From a virus, in UHGV virus genome UHGV-0072281: a stretch of DNA of 64,000 nucleotides; one strand, written 5' to 3'. The translations under genes and the position numbers were made by a program. The notes beneath the pieces are model-generated. The model worked only from the letters and a program-made list of their open reading frames with translations. It searched no databases and was not told the DNA's origin. Numbering within the stretch: the first letter of the stretch is position 1; each line of letters begins with the position of its first letter. Below are positions 9,534 through 19,922 of this stretch, piece by piece.

Positions 9534-11819
9534 ATGAAAGATACCCGAATCTCTAATTTAGAGAAACTCGTAGAAGCCGGTACTAGTCTGGCCCAAAACG
9601 TCATCGGCAACAACACCGCCAGCGAAATGTGGAAGACGATTGTTGCAGGCGAGTCCGTACGTAGCAACGCAAAAGTATTTGGCGCTCTGCGTGACGAAGC
9701 ATCACAGCACTATGCCAACGCTTTTGGCGGCAAGAAAATGTCTCATGCTGCGACCGTCGCTTCCGCAATGATTCTGGGCGTAGCTAACCACGGTAAAGAC
9801 CTGCAAGAACGTGTTGCCCAGGAATACGCTAAGCCGGAATTCCACACCAAGTATAACCTGGATATTGGTATCCCTGGTGCGCAAGGTGGTGATTGGGGTC
9901 GTGAGCGTATGGTTGTTGCTCAGGAATACTACAGCAACAAAGACTACGACAAAAACTTGGGCCTGACCTGGACCCTGAACGTACGTGCTCTGGAAACTCA
10001 GTCCAAGTTTGCTGAAACACTGTTCCCGACCATTACCGTTGACACCAACGATGTTGGTATTACCGTACGTACTAAAGTGACTACCGTTTCTCGCGGTATC
10101 ATGAACGCGCTGCTGAGCAAAGACGTCGTTGAAGATCATCGTCGTCCGCTGCACAACGCACTGACTGACCACACCGTTCTCCAGGACGAAGCGATCAACA
10201 TCGTTCCTTACGTAATGGAAACCGGTGAAAACCAGGAATACTTCGTAAGCGAAGATCTGGTTCCGAACGAAAAAGTTCGCCTGGGTCGTGTACCTCCGTA
10301 TCCGACTAACTACCTGAGCTTTGCAAACGACACGCTGAACCTGTTCCAGCTGTCTGCGCATCCGGGTATCGTTCAGGAAGGTTACGATGAAACTGATGAA
10401 ATCGCACCGGGTTGTGCTCTGGGCAGCCTGCTGATTTCTGTACGTAAACCGGCCGAAGAAGCGAAAGCGGGTAAATTCATCAAACTGCACGTTCGTGACA
10501 TGCAGTTCGCAACCTTCCAGCGTCCTGCTGAAGGTGACGGCCGTGAACTGGTTCTGCAATTCCGTCGTACCGCGTTCTCTCTGAATGCGAAAACCACTGA
10601 CTGGAAAGGCGACGCTATTCCGGCACTGCAAGCACTGGGCCAGAACTCCTACACCCTGCGCTACGTTATCACCATCACCATGTCCCTGTTCACCAGCGGC
10701 CAGTTCGGTGGTAAAGTAGACATTTCCGGCCACAAACTGGAAATCGAAGGTCTGTACGATGCAACTGGTAACAAAGTTGATACCAAGTCTGGTACCGGCA
10801 AAGTTATCCTGGATGGCCTGAAACTCGAACTGATGGGCTGGCGCTTCGATGGTACTCGTACCAACGAAAACCGTCGTACCCAGGGTCTGCTGCTTGACCC
10901 AATTTGGGAACAGGAAAACTACAAACTGCAATACGGTTCTCCGATTCTGACCAAGTCTCCGGTTGGTGTTGAATACGACGACACTGAACGTCTGGATGAC
11001 CTGATCTCTGCGGTGAACATCCGTAACGAACAGCTGGCTATTACTCAGACGCTGTCTTACACTGAAGCAGTACGTAACGCAGCCGCTGCGATGATCACTC
11101 CGTGGGACAAACCGGCTATCCGTGGTCTGGGCCGTCACTGGGTTGCTCCGTGGTTCAAAGAGTCTGACTACAAAGTCGATGAAGTTGTTCAGTCTCTGGA
11201 TACCAAAGAAGCGCTGATCAACGCTCGTCAGGGTCTGTTGCAGCGTATCGGTAGCCAGGTAACTCAGGCTATCCAGGATTCTCGTTTCATTCCTGCACTG
11301 CGCCTGCTGACCGCTGATCCGGACATTCTTCCGAAAGTTATTATCGCAACTGACGAACCGACTGCATCCATGCTGCTGCTGGTTCAGGGCGACCAACGTC
11401 TGCTGGGCGACCGTTATGAATACGAAGTCGTTACCACCAACGATGACCGCTGGCGTATCTACAACGCAGCTGACGATTCCTGGACTCGTCGTCTGCAATG
11501 GTTCCTGAAAGTTCCGACTGCGGACGATGGTTCCTACTGCGTACTGAACTGGGGTAACCACTTCTGGTCTCCGATCATGGTTACCAACATCAACATTCAG
11601 CGTAACGGTTCTACTTCTAAAGAACTGGCTGTACAGCCGCGTAACGCGCATATCTGCCACTGCCCGATCACTGGTCTGATTTGGGTTAAAGGCATCACCA
11701 AACTGGTTGAAGAAAAACTGGCTTACAACGTTTCTGTAGAACAGAACGGCCAGAAACAAACCGAAGGTGGTGTAGCAGGTAACCTTGCTGTCGAAGGCAA
11801 AGCTACCGCTGGTAAATAA
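9534..11819 (+). CDS. major virion structural protein, candidate major capsid protein (761 aa); tail sheath not excluded
   Basis: Codon usage sharply different from neighbours (CTG, CGT, GGT, ACC, AAA, GAA dominate); strong terminator directly downstream; size is in the range I recall for jumbo-phage capsid proteins (from memory, unverified). Confidence 0.45.
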   Translation: MKDTRISNLEKLVEAGTSLAQNVIGNNTASEMWKTIVAGESVRSNAKVFGALRDEASQHYANAFGGKKMSHAATVASAMILGVANHGKDLQERVAQEYAKPEFHTKYNLDIGIPGAQGGDWGRERMVVAQEYYSNKDYDKNLGLTWTLNVRALETQSKFAETLFPTITVDTNDVGITVRTKVTTVSRGIMNALLSKDVVEDHRRPLHNALTDHTVLQDEAINIVPYVMETGENQEYFVSEDLVPNEKVRLGRVPPYPTNYLSFANDTLNLFQLSAHPGIVQEGYDETDEIAPGCALGSLLISVRKPAEEAKAGKFIKLHVRDMQFATFQRPAEGDGRELVLQFRRTAFSLNAKTTDWKGDAIPALQALGQNSYTLRYVITITMSLFTSGQFGGKVDISGHKLEIEGLYDATGNKVDTKSGTGKVILDGLKLELMGWRFDGTRTNENRRTQGLLLDPIWEQENYKLQYGSPILTKSPVGVEYDDTERLDDLISAVNIRNEQLAITQTLSYTEAVRNAAAAMITPWDKPAIRGLGRHWVAPWFKESDYKVDEVVQSLDTKEALINARQGLLQRIGSQVTQAIQDSRFIPALRLLTADPDILPKVIIATDEPTASMLLLVQGDQRLLGDRYEYEVVTTNDDRWRIYNAADDSWTRRLQWFLKVPTADDGSYCVLNWGNHFWSPIMVTNINIQRNGSTSKELAVQPRNAHICHCPITGLIWVKGITKLVEEKLAYNVSVEQNGQKQTEGGVAGNLAVEGKATAGK

Positions 11820-11834
11820 TATCGAATAAAAAGT

Positions 11835-11872
11835 GTCTAAGCCCCAAAAGGGCTTAGACCTTTTATTTTTTT
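11835..11872 (+). terminator. strong rho-independent terminator
   Basis: gtctaagccc/gggcttagac 10-bp stem followed by a 12-nt T-rich run. Confidence 0.8.
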
Positions 11873-12000
11873 CTTTCTATTATTTTTCGGATAGATATTA
11901 TTAAAGAGAGACTGTCAGTTGGTTTAAAGGAGAGTTTATGGAAAAATTACAGTTAAAACTAAAGATATGTACCATTATTAAAACTTAATCTGGCCCTTAC

Positions 12001-13011
12001 ATGAACCGTCTTGATATTGATGTGGTACCCAGTGTTACTGACCGCTCGTTGTATCAAAAGTCAGGACTACAAAAACTCATCACTTTTGAGAATAATACTG
12101 GTGTGCCAATTTACGTCACTGAAACCAGTGGCGGTAGCTTTATTTTAACTCCGTCCAAAAGCACGGCTGATGAGCATGGGGTTGTTGTTTATGTAACGTA
12201 TCAATCGTTCGGAAATCTGGCTAACCTGAACGGGTTTGCAGAAGTCTTACCAGAAAAACAATTCACTAAATTTTGTGCAGATTTAAAGGAGAAAGGAGAG
12301 GTCACACTCCGATACGTCGTCGACGATATCGGTGCTTTATTACGTGGGGACTTGGTTGTATTGAAGCAGTTAGGATTTGCATTTTCAATTACACCAGTTC
12401 GATTAGAAAGTACACCACCGAGTGTAAGGCCAGGAGGTGAGAGAACTGAATTTACATTGGGTGTTATTGTTGTGCAGCGTTACGACGATCCCGAATTATA
12501 TCGTTGGATTAGATTCTACGGAACGCGCATGGAAGTACAACCGATTCTATCGCGGTATTACGAACCGGGTGTGTACATGGTAATAGGAGGAGGAGACAAA
12601 GTAGAAGGGAGCAGGATGATTCACTTTGAGTTCGATGACTTATTGTCACCGTTCCGTGTTTTTAAAGATAAAGAAACAGCCACTGCGTTTCGATGGCAAG
12701 AAACGTTACCGGATATTCACGAGATAAAGGAAAAGCTGGAAAGTCAATACAGAGAAAAATTAGAAAGTTTGGATTCGGCAAAAGACAAACTGGAATTAGA
12801 ACACAAAAAACAACTACAGAATTTGGCTTTAGAAAAGGAGCGTTTGACTCTAGCGTATAAACAACAAGAACTAGAAGCAAAGTCTCGGGCAGAGGCACGA
12901 AAAGAATTCTACGAGACTCGTTCTTACATTCGTAAAGATGGGTCAGACCTATTTAAATCAGTCCCTGCGTATCTGGCGGCGGGTGTCGCATTTATAGGGA
13001 TGCTAAAGTAA
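12001..13011 (+). CDS. hypothetical protein with coiled-coil region and hydrophobic C-terminus (336 aa)
   Basis: Heptad-like K/E/L-rich segment; C-terminal AYLAAGVAFIGMLK. Confidence 0.55.
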   Translation: MNRLDIDVVPSVTDRSLYQKSGLQKLITFENNTGVPIYVTETSGGSFILTPSKSTADEHGVVVYVTYQSFGNLANLNGFAEVLPEKQFTKFCADLKEKGEVTLRYVVDDIGALLRGDLVVLKQLGFAFSITPVRLESTPPSVRPGGERTEFTLGVIVVQRYDDPELYRWIRFYGTRMEVQPILSRYYEPGVYMVIGGGDKVEGSRMIHFEFDDLLSPFRVFKDKETATAFRWQETLPDIHEIKEKLESQYREKLESLDSAKDKLELEHKKQLQNLALEKERLTLAYKQQELEAKSRAEARKEFYETRSYIRKDGSDLFKSVPAYLAAGVAFIGMLK

Positions 13012-13021
13012 GGAGCGTGGC

Positions 13022-14797
13022 GTGTTTAAAGATGCAATCAGAAAGCTTAAAGAGGATGGCAAAATAGTACCCTTTAACCGAGCGATTGCGGAAGGTGTCG
13101 GTTATACCCAGGCCAAAGATGGTATACACGAACGTGTTCAGATTATCTTGAAACGTGAGCTGGATTATCATCCTGTTGATAATCCGCGTGTTCCTGAAGG
13201 GCTGGCTGTATTAGGTGTACGGTTAATGTCGCCGTTTGAAACGTTCATCTATAAGCTGTCTCGTTCTGAGAGCAGCAGAATGGATAGACGCCGTGGTGTG
13301 ATGTCCATTGCGAACACCGATGCGTATATGGTCATGTCAACATTCCGTATTCCAGGAGATTCTCGACCGATCTCAAGACCGATTAACTTACCCTTTATCC
13401 GTCGTGGTGGTTTAATGAACTATTACGGTACGACGTATCACGTTGCGCCGGTTATTCACCAGCCAGGTATCTGTCGCGAACACGGTGGGGTATTTGTTAA
13501 CTTTGACTTTAAACGTAAAGCCTCGTTGAAATTCTGTAAGCAACCTGTCCGTGTGTTAGTCAACGGTAAAAAAGAGGAGCTATTCTTACCAGGAACCAAA
13601 AACCTGTTCAAAGCGAAGAACGCAACACATCCCGATACTGACGAGAAACCGTTAATGTATTGGTTGTTCGGACGTTACGGATTTAAAGAAGCGATTAAAC
13701 GCTATACTGGTGTTGACGTAGAAATTTATCCATCGTTTAAGATCCCAGAACTCGATCTCAACGAGAAAGTTGTAATCAGTTCCGGTGAATCGAAATATAA
13801 CCGTTCGATAATGTACGCGGTTGTCGTACCCGCAGAAGCATTGCCGAACGTGGATAAAGTCGGTTGGGATCAAAACGAGCATTTATTGCTGGCTGCAATT
13901 GCTGCGTTCTTCAAAGCTGCTCACTACTATTGCAGTAAACAATCTATTAAGAACGGTAACGTCACACCGCTGCCGCCGCTGTTTACCGCAATTAACGAGT
14001 TAGCGATGGAAGACGATATTGCTAATCTGAACTCTGCTCCGATTTGGCGTGAGATTCTGGGAAGAAGTATCGTAGGACTGAAACCTTCCGATATTGAGTT
14101 AGCGCACAGTATGGCGAAACACTATACTGAATGTGATCGCTATGTTAACTCAACGTTCCGTGCAGAACTGAAGATGACCGATCCCGACATTCCAGACGAT
14201 ATGGATATGTTTGATTTCTTCTGGTATGCAACGAAACTGATGGTACGTACCCGTTTGACCAAACAGGGCGACATTCCGTCGATGTACGGAAAACGTTTAA
14301 CCGTAACTGACTACTTACTGTTAGGTGACCGTGGGTTTACACCAACGGTAGCGGCTATTCGTTTCCAGCTGGGACAAACGGAGAACCGTTCGCCGGAATC
14401 CTGCGCGAATATGATTCGTAGCGCACTCAATAAAGAAATTGTCACGAGTCTGGTACTGCGTAATATCACCGGTAATGGCGGTGTAAGTTATTTTAACGCA
14501 TCAACAGAATCCATGGTGTTAGGAGTATCCACACACGCGATCAGTCAAACTGAAACGGAATCTAAACGCAACAGCAAGGGCGGTAAAACGGTTAACCTTA
14601 ACGACCGTACGAAACACGCTTCTGCATCGCATCTGGAGTGTGGTAACGTTTATTATATTCCGAAATCATCCCCGTTCAAATGGGGTGTCCTTAACCCGTA
14701 TATGAAAACTAACCGTCAGTTAGTGATGGTTCGTAATCCAAAACTTGACGAGTTAATTCAAGCAACTGAAGAAGACATTGCGAAGATTGGCCGTTAA
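13022..14797 (+). CDS. hypothetical protein (591 aa)
   Basis: GTG start with AAGGAG 6 nt upstream; long ORF. Confidence 0.6.
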   Translation: MFKDAIRKLKEDGKIVPFNRAIAEGVGYTQAKDGIHERVQIILKRELDYHPVDNPRVPEGLAVLGVRLMSPFETFIYKLSRSESSRMDRRRGVMSIANTDAYMVMSTFRIPGDSRPISRPINLPFIRRGGLMNYYGTTYHVAPVIHQPGICREHGGVFVNFDFKRKASLKFCKQPVRVLVNGKKEELFLPGTKNLFKAKNATHPDTDEKPLMYWLFGRYGFKEAIKRYTGVDVEIYPSFKIPELDLNEKVVISSGESKYNRSIMYAVVVPAEALPNVDKVGWDQNEHLLLAAIAAFFKAAHYYCSKQSIKNGNVTPLPPLFTAINELAMEDDIANLNSAPIWREILGRSIVGLKPSDIELAHSMAKHYTECDRYVNSTFRAELKMTDPDIPDDMDMFDFFWYATKLMVRTRLTKQGDIPSMYGKRLTVTDYLLLGDRGFTPTVAAIRFQLGQTENRSPESCANMIRSALNKEIVTSLVLRNITGNGGVSYFNASTESMVLGVSTHAISQTETESKRNSKGGKTVNLNDRTKHASASHLECGNVYYIPKSSPFKWGVLNPYMKTNRQLVMVRNPKLDELIQATEEDIAKIGR

Positions 14798-14836
14798 CCA
14801 CGAAAGACGTATTAAGACCTATTAGGAGAATTAAGA

Positions 14837-16447
14837 ATGGCAAGCTACAGCGAAACTCGTGAATTTATCTTGAAAGTTGTAATGGCTAAACAGGATCAGC
14901 TGTTGAACTATCTCGTCGATGCGATGAATGCGAAAGGGATAAAAGAAGATCCGTTTGTTAATGCAGCGTGCATTGTAGGTAACTGGTATCTGCAAAACCG
15001 TCGTCCTAACGACCAGACTAACGTTGCGGTTATCGAAACCTTTAAGGCAACGCTGTATAGCCGTCTGTTAGGTTTAGGCCTGACGCCGTTGCAGCCGGAC
15101 ATTCATAGCGCGTTAGAGAAAGCGTTTGTGCTGGCGAATCAACTTGCAGAAGAAGCTCGTCGTGCCGGGCAGGGTGGATTCGGTGTACGTACTGAACCAG
15201 TTAACTTCGGTATTCAGAATTCACAGAATGCGCAACCAACCGCACCGATTCAGGGTTCTTCTGTACCAATGGCCAGCTATACTCCGGCAGGTGTAACAGT
15301 GCAACCTGTACAACCCGCTCCGGTATTCGGCGGTACTCCGCAACCTCAACCTCAGCCGCAATCGCAGCCTGCTATTATTCAGCCGGCTGTTCCGCAGGAA
15401 GTGATGAACAAAAGCAAGCCTGTGGATATGAATAAGGAAACGATGGATGATATCATTCAACGTGCTAACCGTCCTCACCATGACATTTTGCGGGTAGAAA
15501 TTGTGGAAGACTATTTAGATCACGAGCTGAAAGAAAAGATTCAGCAAAACGTTGTTTCGCCGAAAGAAGCTAACACACGCGTCAAGAATTCTGTGTATGC
15601 AGAACATCGTGACTGGGGTGATAAGGTTAGTGAACTGGTTGAAGATAACGACAAACAATATTGCTCGTATGACGATGCGGGTATCATGGTGAAAGTCGAA
15701 AGCGAATATCGTCTGTATCCGATGGCACAGACTGAAACTTCTGCGGTGTATCTCCAGGAGTTTTATAGTTCGGTTCGCCAGATTATCGACGATCTCGATA
15801 CCGTACGTGATATTGACGATATTGAAAAGCTGATGGAGCGTGTTTCTAATGACGTCTTCAGACTGCGTGACCTTGCACAACGTTTGTTAATGTACTTCCT
15901 CACCAAATCTGATGAGAATGAAACGTATCGTAGCGAATGTTCAATGTTTACTCGTCGTTTCGTTGCAACATTAACCGTGCTGGTTCACAACGCTATCTCC
16001 GTGGCATCTGCTTACGGTAAAGACGTTCCGGGTACGAAATTCGTACAATTGGAATGCTGCCTGGATGACATGACCTACTTTAAAGAGACAGTGTATGGTC
16101 GTACCATCGGTGAAAACGGCGTGAGCAAGTCTGCGGATTATTTCCGTGAAATGTTCCTGCTAATCGCACGTTCTCTGCGTAAGCTGCACATTCGTCTGAC
16201 CTGCGATAATAAAGCCATTGAACTGTCTCAGGTAACGTACACGATTTCTCTGCAAGCAGATTATCAATCCGCTAACGATCGTCATATCGTGGAAATCTCT
16301 TCGTTTGGTAATAGCTTCGAACCGATTGTTTCAATCTACGAAGTCATTAACCAGAAAGCACCAGAAGCGTTCATTAAACTTAAGACCCCGTCTCACGTTT
16401 ATTCGCTACTGAGCACAGGTGACGTTACTGCACCGGTTCGTTATTAA
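14837..16447 (+). CDS. hypothetical protein with PQ-rich linker (536 aa)
   Basis: AGGAG RBS; low-complexity PQPQPQPQSQP segment. Confidence 0.6.
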   Translation: MASYSETREFILKVVMAKQDQLLNYLVDAMNAKGIKEDPFVNAACIVGNWYLQNRRPNDQTNVAVIETFKATLYSRLLGLGLTPLQPDIHSALEKAFVLANQLAEEARRAGQGGFGVRTEPVNFGIQNSQNAQPTAPIQGSSVPMASYTPAGVTVQPVQPAPVFGGTPQPQPQPQSQPAIIQPAVPQEVMNKSKPVDMNKETMDDIIQRANRPHHDILRVEIVEDYLDHELKEKIQQNVVSPKEANTRVKNSVYAEHRDWGDKVSELVEDNDKQYCSYDDAGIMVKVESEYRLYPMAQTETSAVYLQEFYSSVRQIIDDLDTVRDIDDIEKLMERVSNDVFRLRDLAQRLLMYFLTKSDENETYRSECSMFTRRFVATLTVLVHNAISVASAYGKDVPGTKFVQLECCLDDMTYFKETVYGRTIGENGVSKSADYFREMFLLIARSLRKLHIRLTCDNKAIELSQVTYTISLQADYQSANDRHIVEISSFGNSFEPIVSIYEVINQKAPEAFIKLKTPSHVYSLLSTGDVTAPVRY

Positions 16448-16491
16448 GTTTGGATTGGGGGTGGAAACATCCCCATTTTTAAGGAGTGCGT

Positions 16492-16740
16492 ATGGCCGCT
16501 TATGTTGATTACAGTAAAGCCAAGATAGAGCTAAACGTAATTGATACCGTAGAGCGTTTAAAGCAACAACTTTCTTTGGAGTTATATCAACTTCGCGTCC
16601 GTATTCACGAGCGTGAACAACTTATTGAGAAACATCCATTATTTATCGACGAGAAGCAGGTAAAACTTATCACTGCGGAGTTAGAAGTTATGGCCGCAGA
16701 GAAACTGTTACTCGAAGAACGCATCGCTGCTATTGGTTAA
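16492..16740 (+). CDS. small coiled-coil protein (~82 aa)
   Basis: AGGAGT RBS before ATG 16492; heptad-rich sequence. Confidence 0.5.
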   Translation: MAAYVDYSKAKIELNVIDTVERLKQQLSLELYQLRVRIHEREQLIEKHPLFIDEKQVKLITAELEVMAAEKLLLEERIAAIG

Positions 16741-16750
16741 TCATCACACA

Positions 16751-16782
16751 AGGAGAGCCGAAGCTCTCCTCCTTTATTTTTA
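16751..16782 (+). terminator. rho-independent terminator
   Basis: aggagagc-cgaa-gctctcct hairpin followed by a T-rich tract. Confidence 0.7.
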
Positions 16783-16828
16783 TTCCCCAATTTATTATAG
16801 CCGCCCACTATAGTGAGGGAATGAGGAA

Positions 16829-17134
16829 ATGATTAAATATGTTGTTATTAATGTAAACTACGAACGTAGTCCACGTTTTCGCTTCGAATTACCTGAAACC
16901 AATGCAACCATGGAGTTTAATCGCTACTTTTTAGAGCATTCAAACACCAAAGTCAATCGCGGTAGATACTAGCTTATCTACTATAATGCACGTAATGAGT
17001 TACTGAAAGCCGTCAAGAAATCAGGTCAGCAAGAATTGTTAGCGAAACTGATGGCGTTTGATAACGATCCTTTAGCAATAGGAATTATGTTAGACCTTGT
17101 TATCAATAAAGACGAAATAGCGTGGTCCGAATAA
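16829..17134 (+). CDS. small ORF interrupted by one in-frame TAG (47 codons, TAG, 53 codons); readthrough candidate or pseudogene
   Basis: ATG 16829; TAG at 16970-16972 in context TAC TAG CTT; same frame stays open to TAA 17132-17134; terminator follows. Confidence 0.35.
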
Positions 17135-17138
17135 AAAA

Positions 17139-17188
17139 GCTACTCCGACCCCAGAAGGGTCGGAGTAGGCTCGAATTATTTTTTTTTT
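17139..17188 (+). terminator. bidirectional terminator between convergent genes
   Basis: tactccgaccc/gggtcggagta 11-bp stem flanked by an A run upstream and T10 downstream. Confidence 0.7.
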
Positions 17189-17193
17189 GCTAT

Positions 17194-19911
17194 TTAGAGA
17201 GTTTCATCGCTGTTGTCATCTGCACCGGTATCCGTCTCGTCCGTGCCTTCAGTTGAAACGTCTTCTTCCGTTGCCGTATCGGTTTCCGTCGTTTCATCGT
17301 CAGTCATGTCCAAGTCTTCATCACCGCCCAGATCGTCACCACCTAAGTCCTCATCGCCTCCTAAGCCGCCGTCATCTTCAGTGCCGCCGCCAAAGTCGCT
17401 GCTACCGCCGAAGTTATTGGCGTCTTCAGGATTCAGATCAGCCGCTTTTGCTAACGTTTCAACTTTCCCTGTTACACGTTTTGCCAACTGAATCAGTGTC
17501 TTAGATGCAGACGCAATTTCGTCAGAGATCATCTTAACGTTTTCACCGCGTTTCTCTTCATCGTAAATCAGGTCGAACATATCGTTCTCAATACCCTGAC
17601 TACGTAACCAGTGGCGCGCGTAGAAGGTCTTAACCATCGTCTTGAGGTCATCAGGTGACATTTCAATACCTTCGTTCTGAAGCATATTAGCAATGTCATC
17701 CGTGACCACCAGATCTGCAAGTTTCTCGATAAATTCATAGCGTTTATCGAAGAGATCAGCTTGAGATGCTGTTGCAGAAGTATCAGGTGGTGGCAAGGTG
17801 ACCTTCATACCGTTGATAAACTTCGCCATATACTCTGACGTTTGTTTTGTCATCTCTTCGCTAGATACATTCGGATTCTGCTCACGGATATACTCAACGA
17901 TAATACGGATGAGTTCTGCTTGCAGTTTCGGTGAAGCTTGCAGACTGTTTGTAACGTAGCGCGTAAGCGGGGTTGAGAGGATTTCCTGTTTCTTCACAAT
18001 CTGTTGAGTAACCAACAGCGATTTAGAATAAATCTGAGAAGCAAACTCCAGGTTCTCCGGGGTAAGTACAAGGTCAGGATCAACACACGCGATGTGACAT
18101 GTACGGCGTAACAGGTTCTCGTCAATTTGTTGATCAGGAACTTTATACTCCGGCGTGGTATCAGACACAGACACTTTGTGGCTGGCGTAGTAATCGTTAC
18201 CCGTTACGTTAAAGGCAATCCCCGCGTTAGCTCCCATTGCCCAAGCATCGTTAATATCCCCCCACATCGGTAAACGACGGTTGTAGGAGTTAAGGATATC
18301 TGATTTGGCTTGGTCGACAGTTTTTTGACCGTTTGCATCGTCCGGTGACAGCTCAATGTCGTACTGCATGTGACGTGCCGAGTTTAGTACAGATGAGTTC
18401 ATTGTCGCAAACAGCAGTGCCATCCTGACGGTGGAGATGATAAAAGAGCGTTCAGTGATAGAAACCCCGATACCATCTTCGTTAAAATCCGTTGCAAAAT
18501 AGCATAGGTTATTAACCGGAATGTAAACCACTTGAGTATGACGTTTTGCGAGATGACGCGCTAACAGAATACGGCCGAATGTTTCGGTAATATTCATGCT
18601 GATTTCTGCGCCACCTAGTGCCTGACTTAATGCGCGAGCAAATTCGTTTTCAGCGATTTCACCGCAACGTGTACTTAAACGGTTGGCGATTTCCGGGGTA
18701 ATGCGAGAAGTGTTCCCTAAGCCCAGATTAGAACGGTTAATGATGCTGTCCGTCATCCCGTCGTTATTCAGGTAGTTCATAAAGTTCGCATCGCCGTACA
18801 GCGAGGAGCGAGCATTGATGAAGTTACCCATGTCATCTACGATGGTCAGATAACCAATAGGGTTACGAACGTCATCGCCAATTACCAGTGGCAGCGTTGA
18901 CTCTGCGGGCAGTAAACGTTCGATGTATTCGATTTTGTTATTCTCATCCATTGAGATAATAGGAATATCACCGTACGTTTGTGTTTTCGGTGTTGACTTA
19001 TACGCCTCGTTTAAATCACCCAAGTTAATGAACCCTTTTTCAGCAGCGTCACGCTGACGGTCATCGAAAGATTGGTTAGGGTCGAACGGACTGCCACCGT
19101 TTGGTGTAGACGGCTTTTCATATGCGGCTTGCTCTAATTGCCCGTACAAACCCGTACGTGCGTTCTCATGCGCGATACGACGATACAAATCCGGCAGCAT
19201 GGTAATGCGCGGGTTATCGGTAATCGTGATTTCCATCTGGAATTTATCCGAGAACATCGAATCGTGCTTACCGAAATCGATTTTCAACGTCTGAGGACCA
19301 GTAACGGCTCCGTGTAAACGGTTGAGAATTGATTCCACACCAACTCGCTGCCCTTCTTTCGGCGCATTAATAGGCCCGAGAATACCAAGCTGTTGTTCGA
19401 AGAACGCCGTTTGGGAACGACGAATAGATTCAGTAGCGACCTTTGTATTCAGACCGAATAATTGGTCGAAGCCGGTATCCGAGATTATCATCACTGGACT
19501 TGCGCCTTTGGTTTTTAACGCATCGTAAATCCACTGATATAATTTCTTAGGTAGCTGACGAATGTTATCGTGATAATCACGGGTCGGTGTCAGTAGCGCG
19601 TTACGCAGATCAATGGGGATGTCCGCGAAGTTGTCGTAAATCAACGTCGTGTTGATTAAGTCTTTTGTTGATAACAGGCTCGAAGTTGCAATAGTAACGA
19701 TTGTTTCGAGTTCAGGTAACGCATCAAAGATACGTTCCGCATTTTTGATAGTACGAATACGTGAACTCGCAATTGCCGTGAGTTCTTGACGTGTTGGCGT
19801 AGAACCACCCTCGCTACGCGTACCGCGTTGTTGCTGAGGTGCTGGGCCCGTAGTTTTACGAAGAATTGCAGCTACGGCGGGGTCGCCCGTTAATTTACTA
19901 ATATCGTCCAT
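17194..19911 (-). CDS. large virion-type protein with acidic low-complexity C-terminal tail (905 aa); portal is one possibility
   Basis: Long minus-strand ORF; GGAGA RBS on minus strand; C-terminal ~70 aa are D/E/G/T-rich. Portal assignment is speculative. Confidence 0.6.
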   Translation of the reverse strand: MDDISKLTGDPAVAAILRKTTGPAPQQQRGTRSEGGSTPTRQELTAIASSRIRTIKNAERIFDALPELETIVTIATSSLLSTKDLINTTLIYDNFADIPIDLRNALLTPTRDYHDNIRQLPKKLYQWIYDALKTKGASPVMIISDTGFDQLFGLNTKVATESIRRSQTAFFEQQLGILGPINAPKEGQRVGVESILNRLHGAVTGPQTLKIDFGKHDSMFSDKFQMEITITDNPRITMLPDLYRRIAHENARTGLYGQLEQAAYEKPSTPNGGSPFDPNQSFDDRQRDAAEKGFINLGDLNEAYKSTPKTQTYGDIPIISMDENNKIEYIERLLPAESTLPLVIGDDVRNPIGYLTIVDDMGNFINARSSLYGDANFMNYLNNDGMTDSIINRSNLGLGNTSRITPEIANRLSTRCGEIAENEFARALSQALGGAEISMNITETFGRILLARHLAKRHTQVVYIPVNNLCYFATDFNEDGIGVSITERSFIISTVRMALLFATMNSSVLNSARHMQYDIELSPDDANGQKTVDQAKSDILNSYNRRLPMWGDINDAWAMGANAGIAFNVTGNDYYASHKVSVSDTTPEYKVPDQQIDENLLRRTCHIACVDPDLVLTPENLEFASQIYSKSLLVTQQIVKKQEILSTPLTRYVTNSLQASPKLQAELIRIIVEYIREQNPNVSSEEMTKQTSEYMAKFINGMKVTLPPPDTSATASQADLFDKRYEFIEKLADLVVTDDIANMLQNEGIEMSPDDLKTMVKTFYARHWLRSQGIENDMFDLIYDEEKRGENVKMISDEIASASKTLIQLAKRVTGKVETLAKAADLNPEDANNFGGSSDFGGGTEDDGGLGGDEDLGGDDLGGDEDLDMTDDETTETDTATEEDVSTEGTDETDTGADDNSDETL

Positions 19912-19922
19912 TGGGGTCTCCG

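Noticed and set aside
9702-11759. 685-aa ORF on the minus strand inside the 761-aa gene
   Set aside because: Antisense shadow of a strongly codon-biased sense gene; no RBS, and it runs against the plus-strand gene series.
17187-17504. Two plus-strand ORFs rich in Ser/Pro/Arg
   Set aside because: Antisense reading of the acidic repeat tail of the 905-aa minus-strand gene; low-complexity artefact.
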